Shown here: piece by piece, positions 39,057 through 52,165 of the stretch
Numbering within the stretch: the stretch's first letter is position 1
How the letters are laid out: each line of letters opens with the position of its first letter
From: the human T2T-CHM13v2.0 reference genome, Homo sapiens
Direction: 5' to 3' (one strand)
Length of the DNA: 64,000 nt
Assembly (NCBI RefSeq): GCF_009914755.1
Contig: NC_060926.1
Program-made: the position numbers and the translations under genes
Notes under the pieces: generated by a model
Told to the model about the DNA's origin: nothing
What the model saw: only the letters and a program-made list of their open reading frames with translations
Database searches by the model: none

Positions 39057-40339
39057 TGATTGTCTTCATTACTTTAAGATATGTGCATCTTGCATTCACC
39101 TAACACATCCCATAGTTAGTGTTGTTTTACTGAAGAAAAAGATAAAATAGGATATGGTGAAATTTTGTGCAAACCTGAGAAATTACTGTTATAATCTGGG
39201 TTCTTTCCTTGAGATTTATTCAAAGTATCCAAAAAGAAGAAAATACATACATTGGGAGGAACTTTATTATCCATCGATAAGGCAAAAAAGGCTTATACTC
39301 TTTGCCAGTAACTGCAACAATTATTCCCCAAATCATTAAATTATATTGCTGAAAGTCACAGTGAAATGATCCTTAGCTCTGAAGCATAAAAATTCATAAA
39401 ATTATCACAAAAATTAAAAGGAATCCTTCTTTTCTAGGAAAAAAACTCGTAACTACAAAGTGAGAATATTCCTATCTGGAAGGTATGGTTGTCCTTGCTG
39501 TGGGAAGAAAGTTTAATCAGTCTTACTTGGGTTGAAACCATTCAATGGCACTCCTAGGTGGGTGGGTGATGAGGTGAGGTTGAGAATACAACAGATAAAT
39601 GGCATCTTGCCCCAAACTCCATCTCCCTTGTCTTCTCTGAGACAGGGCCAACCCAGGTTACCAGGTGGTTGGGACAATGTTCTACTCTGGAATGCTTTTT
39701 TCCCAGATTCAATACTACCTGCAGAGAAAGTCATACAAGAACTTCTGTGATGTTTGTATCCAGTGATGTTAGGACATTTCTGAAGTCCCAAGCATGGGTC
39801 AGGGCCATGAAAGCTATGTGGCTTGGCTTATCATCGGTGTTCCTTAATTAGACAGATTTGCTAGAAGATTCTTCGGAGATGAGTTCTCTTGCCCATGCGG
39901 TGGGTTGTCTAATTCCAAGTTTAAGTTGGACCATTAATCAATCTATGGCTGGAGACTGTTGTCCATCTCTCTATCTTGTAATTCTTTTTTCATTCCTCTT
40001 TCTATACTCTGAGTTTTTCATACCTTAAAAGACAGCTTAGCAAGCAACCATCAAAATGATGAGTATGCAGTGGCTCTATTTAAGTTCACAAGCTATAATT
40101 GGAGATATAGGTGGCTATGGGGGAGGTTTGGCCTTTAGGCTTAAATGCCTCAGAGGATGAGGGCAGTAGACTGACACCTCAGTAAGAGGGAAACATATTG
40201 CTCTTGGGCAGATGTAAGCTGTAATCTCAGAATTCTGAGTTACTTCTCTATCCTTTTCATTAAGTACTCGGGAAACCTGAAGACCACAGAAGCAAAGGAA
40301 ATTGCTAGAGATCCCAGAGTTGGTGGTTGATGTAGCCAC

Positions 40340-40620
40340 TGTTTATTATGTGCCTGCCATATTCATTTTCTGTAATGATTACAAAAATCCTATAGCATGT
40401 GGGTAATGGGCCCATTTTTGATAGAGGAAAACTGAGAGACTGTTGGTAAAGAGTACAAGCCCTATAGTCAAGCTGCCTGGCTTTGAATCCCAGCTCTGCT
40501 TCTTACTGGCTCTTTGATTTCTGGAATAGTGATTAAGCTCTCAATGTCTCAGTTACTTTTTATGTTTAGTGTCTGTGTACCTACATGTATCCCATAATGT
40601 CATGCTGTAATTCTCAAATA
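40340..40620. mobile_element. Adjacent MIR fragments (minus then plus)
   Basis: cccatttttgatagaggaaaactgag, then ctggctttgaatcccagctctgcttcttact. Confidence 0.7.
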
Positions 40621-41999
40621 TTTAATATTCTCAAATAAACAATAAAGTTTATTTGAAGAAAAATAAGTACAATAAAAAAATTAGCCCCCCACCTCCCTGC
40701 TTAGTGTTTTTAACACTGCACCAGAGGATGAAAAATGATCAATAAGGTTGGCTATTATCATTGCCCAGTGCCCACAGCCAGTTCGTTTGGGATTTGGGAT
40801 TCACTTGCACTGGCCAACAGCCATGCTCTTACCTTCCTGCCAGCCTCCCTGAGATCCACCACGTGGCCTGCACCTCCCGCTGCCCAAACGCTGCACTCTC
40901 CTGTCTTCCAAACTATCTCAGCTAATGAGTAGTATAGAAAGTGAAGCTGTTGTCTGTTTTGTATTTTTCTCCATCCTCCCCCCTTTTTACAGGGGAGCGA
41001 GAGAGAATGTGGAAGTACTTGTGGAATAAGTTTGAGGAAGGTTTACAATGGGATATTTGGGAAGAGGAGTGACTTGAGAGTTCAGAAAACCAAAACTTTG
41101 AAAAGCAGTGTTACCTTTAGTGATTTCACCAGCACACATGATTGCATCCTCAGCCCTTCAAGTTCAATACTCCCAGAGTTGAACTGGCTTGGAGAGACTG
41201 ACTCCCTAACAGATCTTATAAGAGACTAATATACAAAAGCAAAAATGACCATTTAGTGGCGTTTAGAAAAGTATGGTTGTTAGTTGTACAAGATGGTTTT
41301 CTTTTTGGTTTATTTGTTTTGTTTTGTTTTGCTTTTGGTCCTGGCAAGGTTAAATTGCCCCTGGTAATCAAGAGACATAAGAAATCAAATAAAAATCAGA
41401 TGGTTACATGGAATGTATGAAACTAATTTTCTTATTTAACAAATATTTATTGAGACTTCTTTTTGCCATGCACTGTACAGTATTCTAAAGTTATAGCAGG
41501 AAAAGAAGTGTAATAGTAATAATAACTATATGCAAAAGTATGACTTTATATTCTCTGTATGTGATTTCTCATGTTATATATAAATAAGCACTCGGATAGT
41601 TATTCTCTGTCAGAAACTAAGTGTTTTGTGATCATTAGCTTTTTTGATTCTCATCACAGCTCTGCGAACTCACTGCTGTCCTCATTCCTAGTTCTCAGAT
41701 GGGGAACCTGGAGCATAGAGGGGGAAGCCACAGTTTCTTCATTTACAAGGATTACAGTCACCTTGCCAGTGAGTCACAAAAGCAAGCAAGCAGTCCCATC
41801 TGATGTGCAAAAGGCAGACGTGAAGGCAGGTGCTGGAGCTGAGAGCACATAGAAGGGGCACCCAGCCCAGGAAAGCGATATTCACAGGAAGAATTGAGGA
41901 CGGTGTAACAGATCACCTGAGAAGCAGGGAAGGTGAGTACACCATAAAGGAGGCAGGCCTTTGTGCACTGTGGCAGGAGATTATATCCAGAGGGGAAAG

Positions 42000-42370
42000 C
42001 AGGTTGGAATAGATACTGCAGAGTGTGGCAGAGCCAGCCTATTAAGCCCTTTAACCACGTCAGGGTATTCAGATTGCATACTGAACATAATAGGAAACCT
42101 ATCTGAAGGGATTTAGCAGGAAAGTAACAAGAAATTCATGATTTAGAACGATCTGTCTGGCTGTGGTGCATGGAATTATTGGAAGGGAGATGGGCGGGGG
42201 GTGGGCCTGGAAGTACAGACAGAAGTGAGGAAGCTGGTGCGGTGAGAAACACTGGTGGCGTGAAATATGGTGGGGGCAAAGGCGAAGGTAGAAGTGGATA
42301 CATTTGAGGAATGTAGAAGGCAGAATTGATAAAAGATCAGATAAGTGAACTCATAATATGGAAACTCAGG
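42000..42370 (-). mobile_element. L2 fragment
   Basis: gatttagaacgatctgtctggctgtggtg...ggtagaagtggatacatttgagg. Confidence 0.65.
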
Positions 42371-44134
42371 CAAATTATCTGGAAATGCAATAGCATCAAG
42401 CTCTGAAGTGGCCACCTCTGTGTTGGGGGTTTTCCTCCCCGGCAGAGTGGAGATGGCCACAACCATGTTATCTATCTCAAGTCCTTTCTCCTAAGGGCAG
42501 TCCCTGGGTGACCTTACTTTTGTTATGCTTTGGAGGCTTACCAGCACCTTCTGATAAAATGTTGGTACCTTTGGAAGTTTTACACCTGGGAGGTATTCTA
42601 TTTTCTTAAGGTGGCCCTGCATGACTGTGCATAACCCATGGTGTATTGGTTTTGCAGTGTAAGTACCAGAGGTAATCATAATTTTCTCATTACCAAGCTC
42701 TTGGGGTCCGCCACATGCCAGTGTCTATGGCACATACTCTCTACATTGTCTTAGTTTCATGGACATCTTGAGGAGCCACAGAATCATCACTGTTCCATGA
42801 CTATTGCTTGAAATGTCCCTCTGCAAATTACACCCCACCCATTGCCTTCACAATAACCCTGCAATAGGATAGATAAGTGTGGAAGTTGGACAGGGTGGGG
42901 GAAATCTAAAAAGTTAAATAATCCCGCTAATGATGTGAACAGTTAGTGGCAAGGGTCACATTTCAAAGCCCTTGCTCATTCCACCACAGTGTATTATGTT
43001 GCTTGGCTGAAATCTTTGGGCTGGTCTCCCAACACATCATTTGGTTGAAAGCTATGCACTTACTAAGCTCACATTTATGCATGTAAACATATATATGTAT
43101 GAGTGTACACACACATATACACATACTCATACTTGCTTATCTAAGTAAATTCTATGAGAGTGAAGAACATATTTGAATCTATCTCAACCATTGTTGCTCC
43201 CTAACACTTAACACAAAGCCTGAAACTAATATTTTGTAATGAGTTATGATATGACAGATGACATCATCCACCTTCCTTACAGAGTTCAAGGTCAATTTTA
43301 CATGAACGATAGATAGTTTCTATCCTAAAGGAAATCACATGACAAATGTATGAACAACCAGTGCCATGGCTGAGTCTATAGAAATGCTGATGCCACTTTT
43401 CTGGGACAATCAGCTCTTCACAGAAATGCACGTCTTCCCATCTCATCCCCCTTATGATGCCCAGCATGTGGTGGGCCTAAAATTGCTGTCCTGTGCATGC
43501 ACCCATCTTTATTCATCTCCCTCTGCAAGTCCATAGACTCCTAGTCCTTACCTCCCTGCTCTGAATCACAATCTGATATGCTCCACACAACATTTTCATT
43601 TCTGTCTCCCTATTATGACGGGAAAAGGTTACAGGCCCTCAGCTGTCATTCATCCTGTGACAACGCGCTGCCAGGCTCCTGCCTGTCAGTCACCTCCCAC
43701 AGCCAGGGACATTTATCAGTCTGGATTCTTGAAAGGTTATGGAGACCAATAATAGGAAATGTCTGTTTGCTTTTTACCATAGTAAGAACTATGTCTGGTA
43801 CAGTTAAAATTTACAGCCATGACACAGCTCAGCTCACAGAAATCCTAAGGAATCTCAAGAAGTACTTTGAACTAGAAGAAGCTGAATGAAAGGGGGTCAT
43901 TCCTATGGGTTCGGGGCCTATTGGGAGAGTCCCTGGATGAGGTTCATAGTCCTGAGTTCATGGTCACTTGGTCCTGTAAATGTCAGGGAGCGCGGACATA
44001 GCATCAGCCCACAGATCAGGGATCACTGGTTCTAGGCTGACATTCATTCACCTTCAGGTACATTCAGCAAGGTCCCTAACCCTGTTATTCTTCTAATTCC
44101 ATTTGTAAAATGAGGTGAAGAAGGGTGTGTTTGC

Positions 44135-45277
44135 AGGATGAGAGAGGCTGGTTAGTGGTTACAAATATACAGTTCGATAGCAGGAATAAGACCTAATTTT
44201 TGGTAGCAGAGTTGGGTGACTATAGTTAACAACAATGTATTTTATATTTCAAAATAGCTCAAATGTTTGGAATTTAAAATGTTCCAAACACACGGAAATG
44301 ATAAATGCACTCAGTGATAGATAGCCTAAATACCCTGACTTGGTCACTACACATTCTATGCATGTAACAAAATATTATATGTGAAACGGGAAAAGTTCCC
44401 TTATCCCCCTCACAGGGTGTGTGATGGGGGTGTGGCTCGCTTCTTTGGTGCCCCGCTGCTCAAACCTCTAAGGGGAGCATGCAGATGGGCAGGTTGTGAG
44501 GCGTGTGGTCTCCGACCTCATGGCGGCATCTGGAAGTGAATGCTTACAGTTCCTGGGGCGTGTGCACTTTTAGTTTTGCTGTCTGTGGGCAGCTTTGTTA
44601 ATCAGCTCAGTTTAGACCCTCTGCCTTATCACAAGGACAGAGGGCTGTCCGTATCCCTGGGTTCTTGCCTTAGTGTACTGGAAAAATCGGATCACACGTG
44701 GGCTTGGAGAATGAGTTCAAGATTTTATTGAGTGGTGGAAGTAGCTCTCAGCAGATGGATGGGAGCCAGAGGTGGGGTGGTCTTCCCCTGGAGTCGGGGT
44801 GGTCTTCCCCTGGAGTCGGGATGCTCAGCAGCGGCTCTTCTCCAACTGTCTTCATCCAAACTTTGCATTGTCCCACCATAGGTGGCCTGCCGGCATCTGC
44901 TGGTGACTGCCAGTGTCTCCTGGTGTTTGCCAGTGTGTTCTTCTGCCCCTCTGCTTCTCTCGACATCCAACCACTTATGTGTTCTTCCACTGGTCTGTTG
45001 TTCTTGATGTCCAGCTGCTCATGTCTGTGCCTGCTAGGGCCCCAGGATTTTCATAGGCATAGGATGGGGGTGTGGCAGGCCAGGGTGGTCATAGAAAATG
45101 CAACACTTGGGCACAAAAACAGCAGTGCCTGTCCAAACCTAGGTCTATGGGCACAGGCCCGGGGGTGGAGCCCTAGCGAGGGAGGGCACCTTTCTCTACT
45201 CAGCACTTCCCTGCCCCCCTTCCATATCACAGGTGCCCCATCAGTATGTACAAATATTATGTTGCAATAAAAAAAAA
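44135..45277 (+). mobile_element. L1MA5/6-like 3' end split by an LTR9-family LTR
   Basis: gtgactatagttaacaacaat...accctgacttggtc...catgtaacaaaata|...ccccatcagtatgtacaaatattatg followed by poly(A). Confidence 0.85.
44382..45229 (-). mobile_element. LTR9-family solo LTR (ERV1, HUERS-P3 type)
   Basis: Minus-strand ends tgatatggaaggggggcagggaagtgctg ... gggaacttttcccgtttca; degenerate 4-bp TSD tatg/cagg. Confidence 0.82.
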
Positions 45278-45764
45278 GGGGGTAACACTAGATCTCTAAA
45301 GCCCCAGCCAGGGATAACATTCCGCTTTTGATTTCAAAGAACTCACAGGCATGATAAAAAAGAAAGTAGTCCCCCTGTGGTGGGAGTATCAGACCCCGAT
45401 GTGGTGAATGTGGGGAGGCCTAGAATACAGGTTTAGGTTCATATCAGGGCCTGCTTTAGGTACAAGCTCTGGATAAATGATTTAATCACACACAATTCTA
45501 TGCACTAAAATATCTGGATAAAAGATTCTATTTCTCCACAGCCCAAATCTTGCAGGGGAATCAGATGAAAGCCATGTGTGATAGCCTGTCACCTAGAGAA
45601 TGTGGAGGCAGCCATTGCCTTCAGTGCAAGCTGCCAGCAGGACAGATGAATTGCTGCTCTCCTGTCTGTGGTTCTGGGGAAAGTCAATAACTCATGCTCC
45701 CAAAGTAAAGGCCAGAGCAGGAGGAGGACGTGTGAAGCATTCATGAGCACATCTATTAGATGTG

Positions 45765-46138
45765 TGTTATGAACTGAATGTTGGTGCCCACTCGAAATCC
45801 TTTTGTTGAAATTTTAACCCCTAGTGTAATGGTGTTTAGAGGTATGGCTTTTAGGAGAAGGTTAAGTCATGAAGACAGAGCCCTCATGAATGGAATGAGT
45901 GCCCTTATATTATAACAAAAGACCCTGGAGAGCTCGGTCATGCCCTCCACCATGTGAGGATGCAGTGAAAAGATGTCCAGCTATGAACCAGGAAGTAGGC
46001 CCTCATCAGACATCGAATCTGCCAACCCTTTGATCTAGGATTTCCCAGACTCTAGAACTGTGAGCAATACATTTCTACTATTGTTAAGACACCCAGTCTC
46101 TGGTATTTTTGTTATAGCACCATGAATGGGCTAATGCA
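45765..46138 (+). mobile_element. MLT1A0-type MaLR LTR
   Basis: tgttatgaactgaatgtt...gagccctcatgaatgg...tggtatttttgttatagca. Confidence 0.88.
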
Positions 46139-46139
46139 C

Positions 46140-46690
46140 TATCTTTAATTTACAGCTACCTTCCAGTGGTAGTACACCACTTACCTTTTAGTATAAGACC
46201 TATGACATCATGCCTCCGTTTCTCCCTTCTTGCTTTTTTATGCTATTAGTGTCATATGTTTTACTTGTACATCGATCAAGTAAAAATTCCAAATTACTGT
46301 TATTCCTTATGCTTTAAGTGGTCAATTATCTTTTGAATATATTTAAGTAATAAGAAAAATAGTATTTATATTTATTCATGTAGTTATTTCTGGTACTTTT
46401 TACTCCTTTGCGCAGAACCAAATTTCCATTCGATATTATTTTCCTTCTGCTTGAAAGACTTAGTTTAATATTTATTATATTATATATATGCTGGTGATTA
46501 GTTCCTTCAGCCTTTGTGTTTTTGAAGGCTTTCTTTTGCCTCCATTTTTGAAAGTATTTTCATTGGGTAAAGGATTCTAGGTTTTTCTTTTTAGAATTTT
46601 AATGATGTTGTTCAACTGTCCTCTAATTTGCAATTTTTCCAACATGAAATCTGATGTCATATTTATTTTGCTTCTGTGAGATGGTTTTCT
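46140..46690 (-). mobile_element. L1M (MC/MD) fragment
   Basis: attattttccttctgcttgaaagact...gctggtga...gattctagg...aaatctgatgtcat. Confidence 0.7.
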
Positions 46691-48600
46691 TTAAGCATCA
46701 TTAAAGTTAGTTCCCTGGCTAGGGCTCTCACCTGGATTGGAGTTACATCTAGGATCTCAAGGTAGAACATGTTAATGATTATGCTAACCATGGGTTGAGA
46801 GGGCTGAAATCTGGCCATTCTACATCAGAAAGTAAAAGGTTTTAGTCTAGGTTCTGTACAGTTATGGTAGAAGAATTAGATTATTCAAAGAATTCCATTT
46901 GATTTTGTTAGAAATATCCACCTCATGTATTACCTTTTGCTAGATATTGGCTGCCTGTTTTCTGTGGGCTGGAGGGGGTGTGGGTTGTGGAGGGGTGGGG
47001 CAGGAAAAGCCACAACACATTTTGTTCAACTGTCCAATATACTGACCTTCAATTGCCCCTTCTGTCTTCTACTCAACTTTTAATTCCTGCCTCTGTCCTC
47101 CCCCAAGCAACACATATGCTGACTCTGAATGCAGTGCCTTTCTGAGGTCCTTTGGGTAGGTGGGCTTCTACTGCCCTGGCGGCTCTCGTGGTATATTATC
47201 TGCTGGACATTCTCCTTCCATTTTATTTGTCACCTCATTTTATATCCAATTTTCTTTAGAATTCTTACAACTATATATAAATAACATTTCTATCCTCCAG
47301 TTCTTTCTCTTCATCACTATTGTTTTTTGTTCTTTTTGTTTTTGTTCTTTTTTGTTCTTTTATTTTACTTATTTTTTTTATTTCAGTGGGATCTCAGGAA
47401 AAAGGAGGCACACTCACTTGCCTGGTCTTTGACCTTAAGCTATCTCTGTAGCCTCTTTAAAATTTTTTCTTCTTCAAATAAGTAAACATGTTTCAAAGGA
47501 ATTATAAGACAAGTCTAAGAATTCATAGTTTGCTGTTGATGGAATTTAGGCCAGATCCTTTGGCCACATCATTGGCCATCAGTGTGCAGCATTATATAGG
47601 TCAGATCCATGCATTGCTCCTTCCATAACACTGCCCTGATCATTGAAGGTAGGGATAATTTCTGCTTCATCCCAATATCTCTGATTCTTGCAAGATGCCT
47701 GGCACAGGTTAACATCTTATTGATAAATTAATGAATCCTCATGGACTCAATGACCTCAGAGACTTGCTGCAGCAGTAAGGATCTGTGATCTGTCAATTCT
47801 ACTTTAGAATTACATTAATTCTGTTATAGAAAATATTGTCTGCCTTCTCAATCTGCCTCTATGGCAAACTGTTTCTGTGTTTGTTTAGCATGCCCACCTT
47901 AGAAAAATCTACTCCTAAAGCAGCATATTTCTCCAACTTTGGCTTTTTCCACAAATAATGGGCCTGTGCTTCTTAGTGGCTAACTTTCCATCTTTACAGT
48001 GAGATTTAGGGAGGCCAAAATGTAGATAAATTAATTGATTAATTACATAGGCAGAAAAGTCTCCACAATAGTCTGAATTTATTTCTGGGCACTAGAAATA
48101 TAAAACAGTATAAGATATATTTTCTGTCCCAAAGGAGTTGTTAGTTGAGATACATAAAATGATTCTTACTAATATAAGGTCCTAAAAAATTAAACTTCAA
48201 TTTGAATCAGAAAATTTAGAAGGCAAACAATATAGATAAGTAGTTCTCACAGATGACCAGTTCCCCTGGAATCATCAAAACCAACAAGAAACCTCATGCA
48301 CACCTGACATCTATAGCTTCAGAAATGAGTCAGATTTGGCACCTGTTTTCGCCAGCTGCTTTCTCAGAATGGATTTCCAGAGTGCAGGCCAACTGAAGAG
48401 AAGGAGCTGAAAGACTCCAGAGAGGTTGATCAGTGACAATAGGTATTGCTGCCTTTGTTCAAGATCTGCTTAACTTTTAAACTAAGGTGAAATAAGCATA
48501 CCCGTTTCTAAATTATCTTTCTTTTTTTTCACAGATTAGATTTTAAATGATGATGGAAGAACACTCAGCATATTCTGGATATTAGAGGTAAAGTTAAGCT

Positions 48601-48645
48601 ATCTCTCTCTATCTCTATCTCTATCTCTATCTCTGTCTATGTATC
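48601..48645. repeat. (TCTCTA)n microsatellite
   Basis: Direct reading. Confidence 0.9.
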
Positions 48646-48854
48646 TAAAGGACCATAAATGCAATGCAGCGATGTGATAAGTAGGACCATAGGGTCCAAG
48701 GACCCCATGGAATTGCAGTTAGAAGAATCATATTTTACTACCCTATCCGTGTTGTTTAACAGGCAGGGAATAAATTTTCAGCTCACTCAGGGAAATTTTT
48801 CTCTTAGCTTTAATTTACCATAATGAATCAATTACAAGAAAGTATTTGTTAAGG

Positions 48855-49015
48855 CGGGCAGAAGAAAACTTTTGGAGGTGATAGATACGTTTACAGCATA
48901 GCTTGTGAAGATGGTTTCATGGTGTATACTTATCTCCAAACTCATCAGGTTGTATACTTAAATAGGTATGGCTTTTTGTATGTCAATCATACCTCAACAA
49001 GTTGTGTTTTTTTAA
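48855..49015 (+). mobile_element. L1MC1-like 3' end
   Basis: aaacttttggaggtgatagatacgttta...tgtatgtcaatcatacctcaa. Confidence 0.85.
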
Positions 49016-50584
49016 GAATGCATTATAATTGACCACACTAAACTGATTTCATTTTACCCTCCATATCTAATCAGTAAGTTTCTATACTTGTGGAAAAAAA
49101 GAACCTATTCCTCTGGAATGTGCTCTTAATTGCACTGTGCTGAGGGTATTGCTACTGGTTGTGTTAAATATTGCATTACATAGAAGTGTACATTTTTTTA
49201 CAATGAATTTCACAAACATTTGCATTTTAATGTGCACAATGAATCTCAAATCTCTCTTGAGTCTGCTTAAAGACCATTTTTTTCTCACATTTCAGTCTCT
49301 TTGGAAATATCAATGTTACAGCAGTGATAACCTTGAAAAGGCTGCTGGTGGGTAATCATGTTGACTTAATTACAGAAAAAGGCAAATTACCCCAAAGGAA
49401 CTCAGAGCTACAGACTTGAGAGGGACAAGAAGTGTCCTGAGTCCCACTTTGCTACATTGATGGGAGAGGAAAATAAGGAAATTGAAGAATTTGATTTCTT
49501 TTTTAAAAGAATTTTGGAAGGCTTTACTTTTTGTCCAGCAAGTGTGACAAAGTAATCATACATTTACAAGATATTCCACTGTCCAGCACACAGACATGAA
49601 ATTGAAAGAAAACCTCAGCTATGCTGAAACTAGGAAAGGTCCCTAATCTCATACTACAATTTCTGAAAAATATCTGTCAGATGAGGTCTTACTTTATCTT
49701 TAACATCAAATTGAGACTGACCTGAAGGTAACAACGAACAACTCTCCTTAAACTCAAAATTGAAGTAAGTGTGAAGAAAAAATATTTCTGCGGGCTACTA
49801 CTAATATCTCTATGCTCCTATGCTTGCAGGTAACAAGCCTAGAGCTTAGATAGACCACATAAAGGGCGGGGGAAAAAACAAAAAATAGTAATATGGAGTG
49901 CATTTCAACTTATGTAGATGAGCAGAGATGGTCAGTTAGAGAAGAGATTAAATGACCATTCTTTACTATTGTTTTCTCTGGTCCAACTTCCAAACAGAAC
50001 TGAGGAAATAAAGACATGAGTCAACTTCCCAGCAATGGGCCCATCCAGGGTAAACTAGACATCTATTCATCAGAGAGAAGAGGTGATGATGCATTGCTGC
50101 CCCCACTTCTCAACAAACTCGGCAACTGATTCACGGCTATGGGATGAAATCCAAAAACCAAGGGGATTCTCATTCTTGAAAGAATAAGGTATGTTCTGAA
50201 AACAGTAAAGATGTTCTTTTATTTACAGGGGAACTCAGTAACAGAATTCCCTGGTTCAGTATTTTCCATACACCAGTAATTCTCCCCTCAGCTTAAATTA
50301 ACGGCCTCAGAGAAATAAAAGAATAGTGAATATCCAGCTTTTTACCCAGTGTCTAATGCAGGAGCCGCTAATGACCTCTTGATTAAATAGGGAGGAATGT
50401 TAAGAGTATTCACCCTATTCTATTTTAGGGAAAATAACAGGCTGGTTGGTAACTGCTGCAGTCAAAGATAATTGAGCAAAAACACATCAGCATGTATTTA
50501 GAAAGGGACACAATGGTACCATGCAGTAATGCACTAACTGCGAACAGATGTACCTTCTGCCATAAACAACACGTTTTGAAAATT

Positions 50585-51288
50585 GAGCTAGTCATTGACT
50601 TTTGATGGTTCCATTTATGATTATTTTTCAATTTTACGATAGTGCAAAAGTGATATGCATTCAATGAAAACTGTATTTTTTGAATTTTGATCTTTTCCAG
50701 GCTAGATATACGCAATGTGACAGCCTCTCATGATGTAGGGCAGTGGCAGGCAGCAACAACTCCCAGTCAGCCATGTGATCATGAGGGCAAATGACTCCTG
50801 CTCTGCAGTGTACTGTCTTTCCATCTGATTTTGCTCAACTGTAAGCCGATGTATGTTTTCTGAGCATGTTTTAGGAAGGCCAAGCTAAACTGTGATTATT
50901 TGTATCCACAGATCCAACCAACCACGGTTTCAAAATATTAGGGAAAAAATAAAAGAGAATAAAAACTACAGCAACAAAAAAATACAAATAAAACAATATC
51001 TTATAACAACCATTTTAACAGCCTTTGTATTGTATTAGGTATTGTAAGTCACTTAAGGATGAGTTGAAGTATACAGGAGGATGAACATAGGTTGTAGACA
51101 AATGCTGTCCCATTTTATATAAGGGACTTGGGTATTGGTGGATTTTGATATTTGCAGGAAATCCCAGAACCAAATCTCTACAGATACTGAGGAATTACTA
51201 TATATTAAATGAATTTTCAATGTATAATATTTTCAACTTTTGATGGCCTTATCAGGACATAATCCCATTGTAAGTCAAAGAGCTTCTG
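50585..51288 (+). mobile_element. MER47A (Tigger family) interrupted by MER2
   Basis: ttgacttttgatgg...gggcagtggcag...ccagtcagccatgtgatcatgaggg; end tgtaagtcaaagagcttctg. Confidence 0.75.
50900..51200 (-). mobile_element. MER2 (Tigger family)
   Basis: ccaaccaaccacgg...gtatacaggaggatg...cattttatataagggacttg. Confidence 0.8.
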
Positions 51289-51289
51289 T

Positions 51290-52165
51290 AGTCAAATTGC
51301 TAAAAACAGGTAGCAATAAGGAGAAAATATTAAAAGTTACTAGAAGAAAGACACATAAAGAGGAACAAAACTGAAAATAATCACAGTCCTCTCACCAGAA
51401 ACTATAAAATCTAGAAGACAATAGAATAACATATTTCTGCTGAAAGAAAAAAAATATTTTCAACATAGAACTCAATACCTAGTGAATAATATTCTTCAAA
51501 CATAATGGTGAAAAATTATTTTCAGGGAAGGAAAAGGTTAGCAAATTCAACTTTAGCAGATATACACTACAGAAATATATAAGAAAATTTTTAGGAAGAA
51601 GAAATATGATGTCAAAGGGAACTCTAATTTATATAAAAGAATAAAGAGTGCTAAAGATATTGAGTAGACTGATAAATATAAGAAATATTTTTCTCATTTA
51701 AAATTATTTAAAAGATAATTTCTTAAAAATAATAACAGTGTATTACAGGGTTTAAAATATATGTAAAAGTAAACTAAATGACAATAATAGCACAGAAGAT
51801 AAGGAAAGGGGAAAATGGAACTATATTGTGGTAATGCTCTTACATGGTAAGTGAAGTGGTAAAATATTATAAGCTAGCATGTGATAAATTTTATATCAAT
51901 ACTGTAATCCCTAGAGCAATCACTAAATAATAAACAATAAGGTATAGTTAATAAACCAAGACAGAGATACAATTGATTACAAAAATAATTTATTCAAAGA
52001 AGTCAGAAAAGGGGAAAAAGGAGCAAAGAAGACATGGTTTAAATTTTAAAAATTTATACATGATATATTTAAACCCAACCACATGGATAAGCACGTTAAA
52101 TATAAATGGTCTGAACACTCCAATCAAATGACAGAGATTGTCAGATTGAATAGGAAAAGTATGAC
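51290..52165 (+). mobile_element. L1M ORF1/inter-ORF fragment
   Basis: tctcaccagaaacta...agaagacaatagaataacat...taaatggtctgaacactccaat. Confidence 0.75.

Noticed and set aside
44698-45270. 190-aa ORF
   Set aside because: Antisense read-through of the LTR9-family LTR.
49790-50030. GC box and AP-1 site as a possible promoter
   Set aside because: Isolated motifs, no CpG island or supported first exon.
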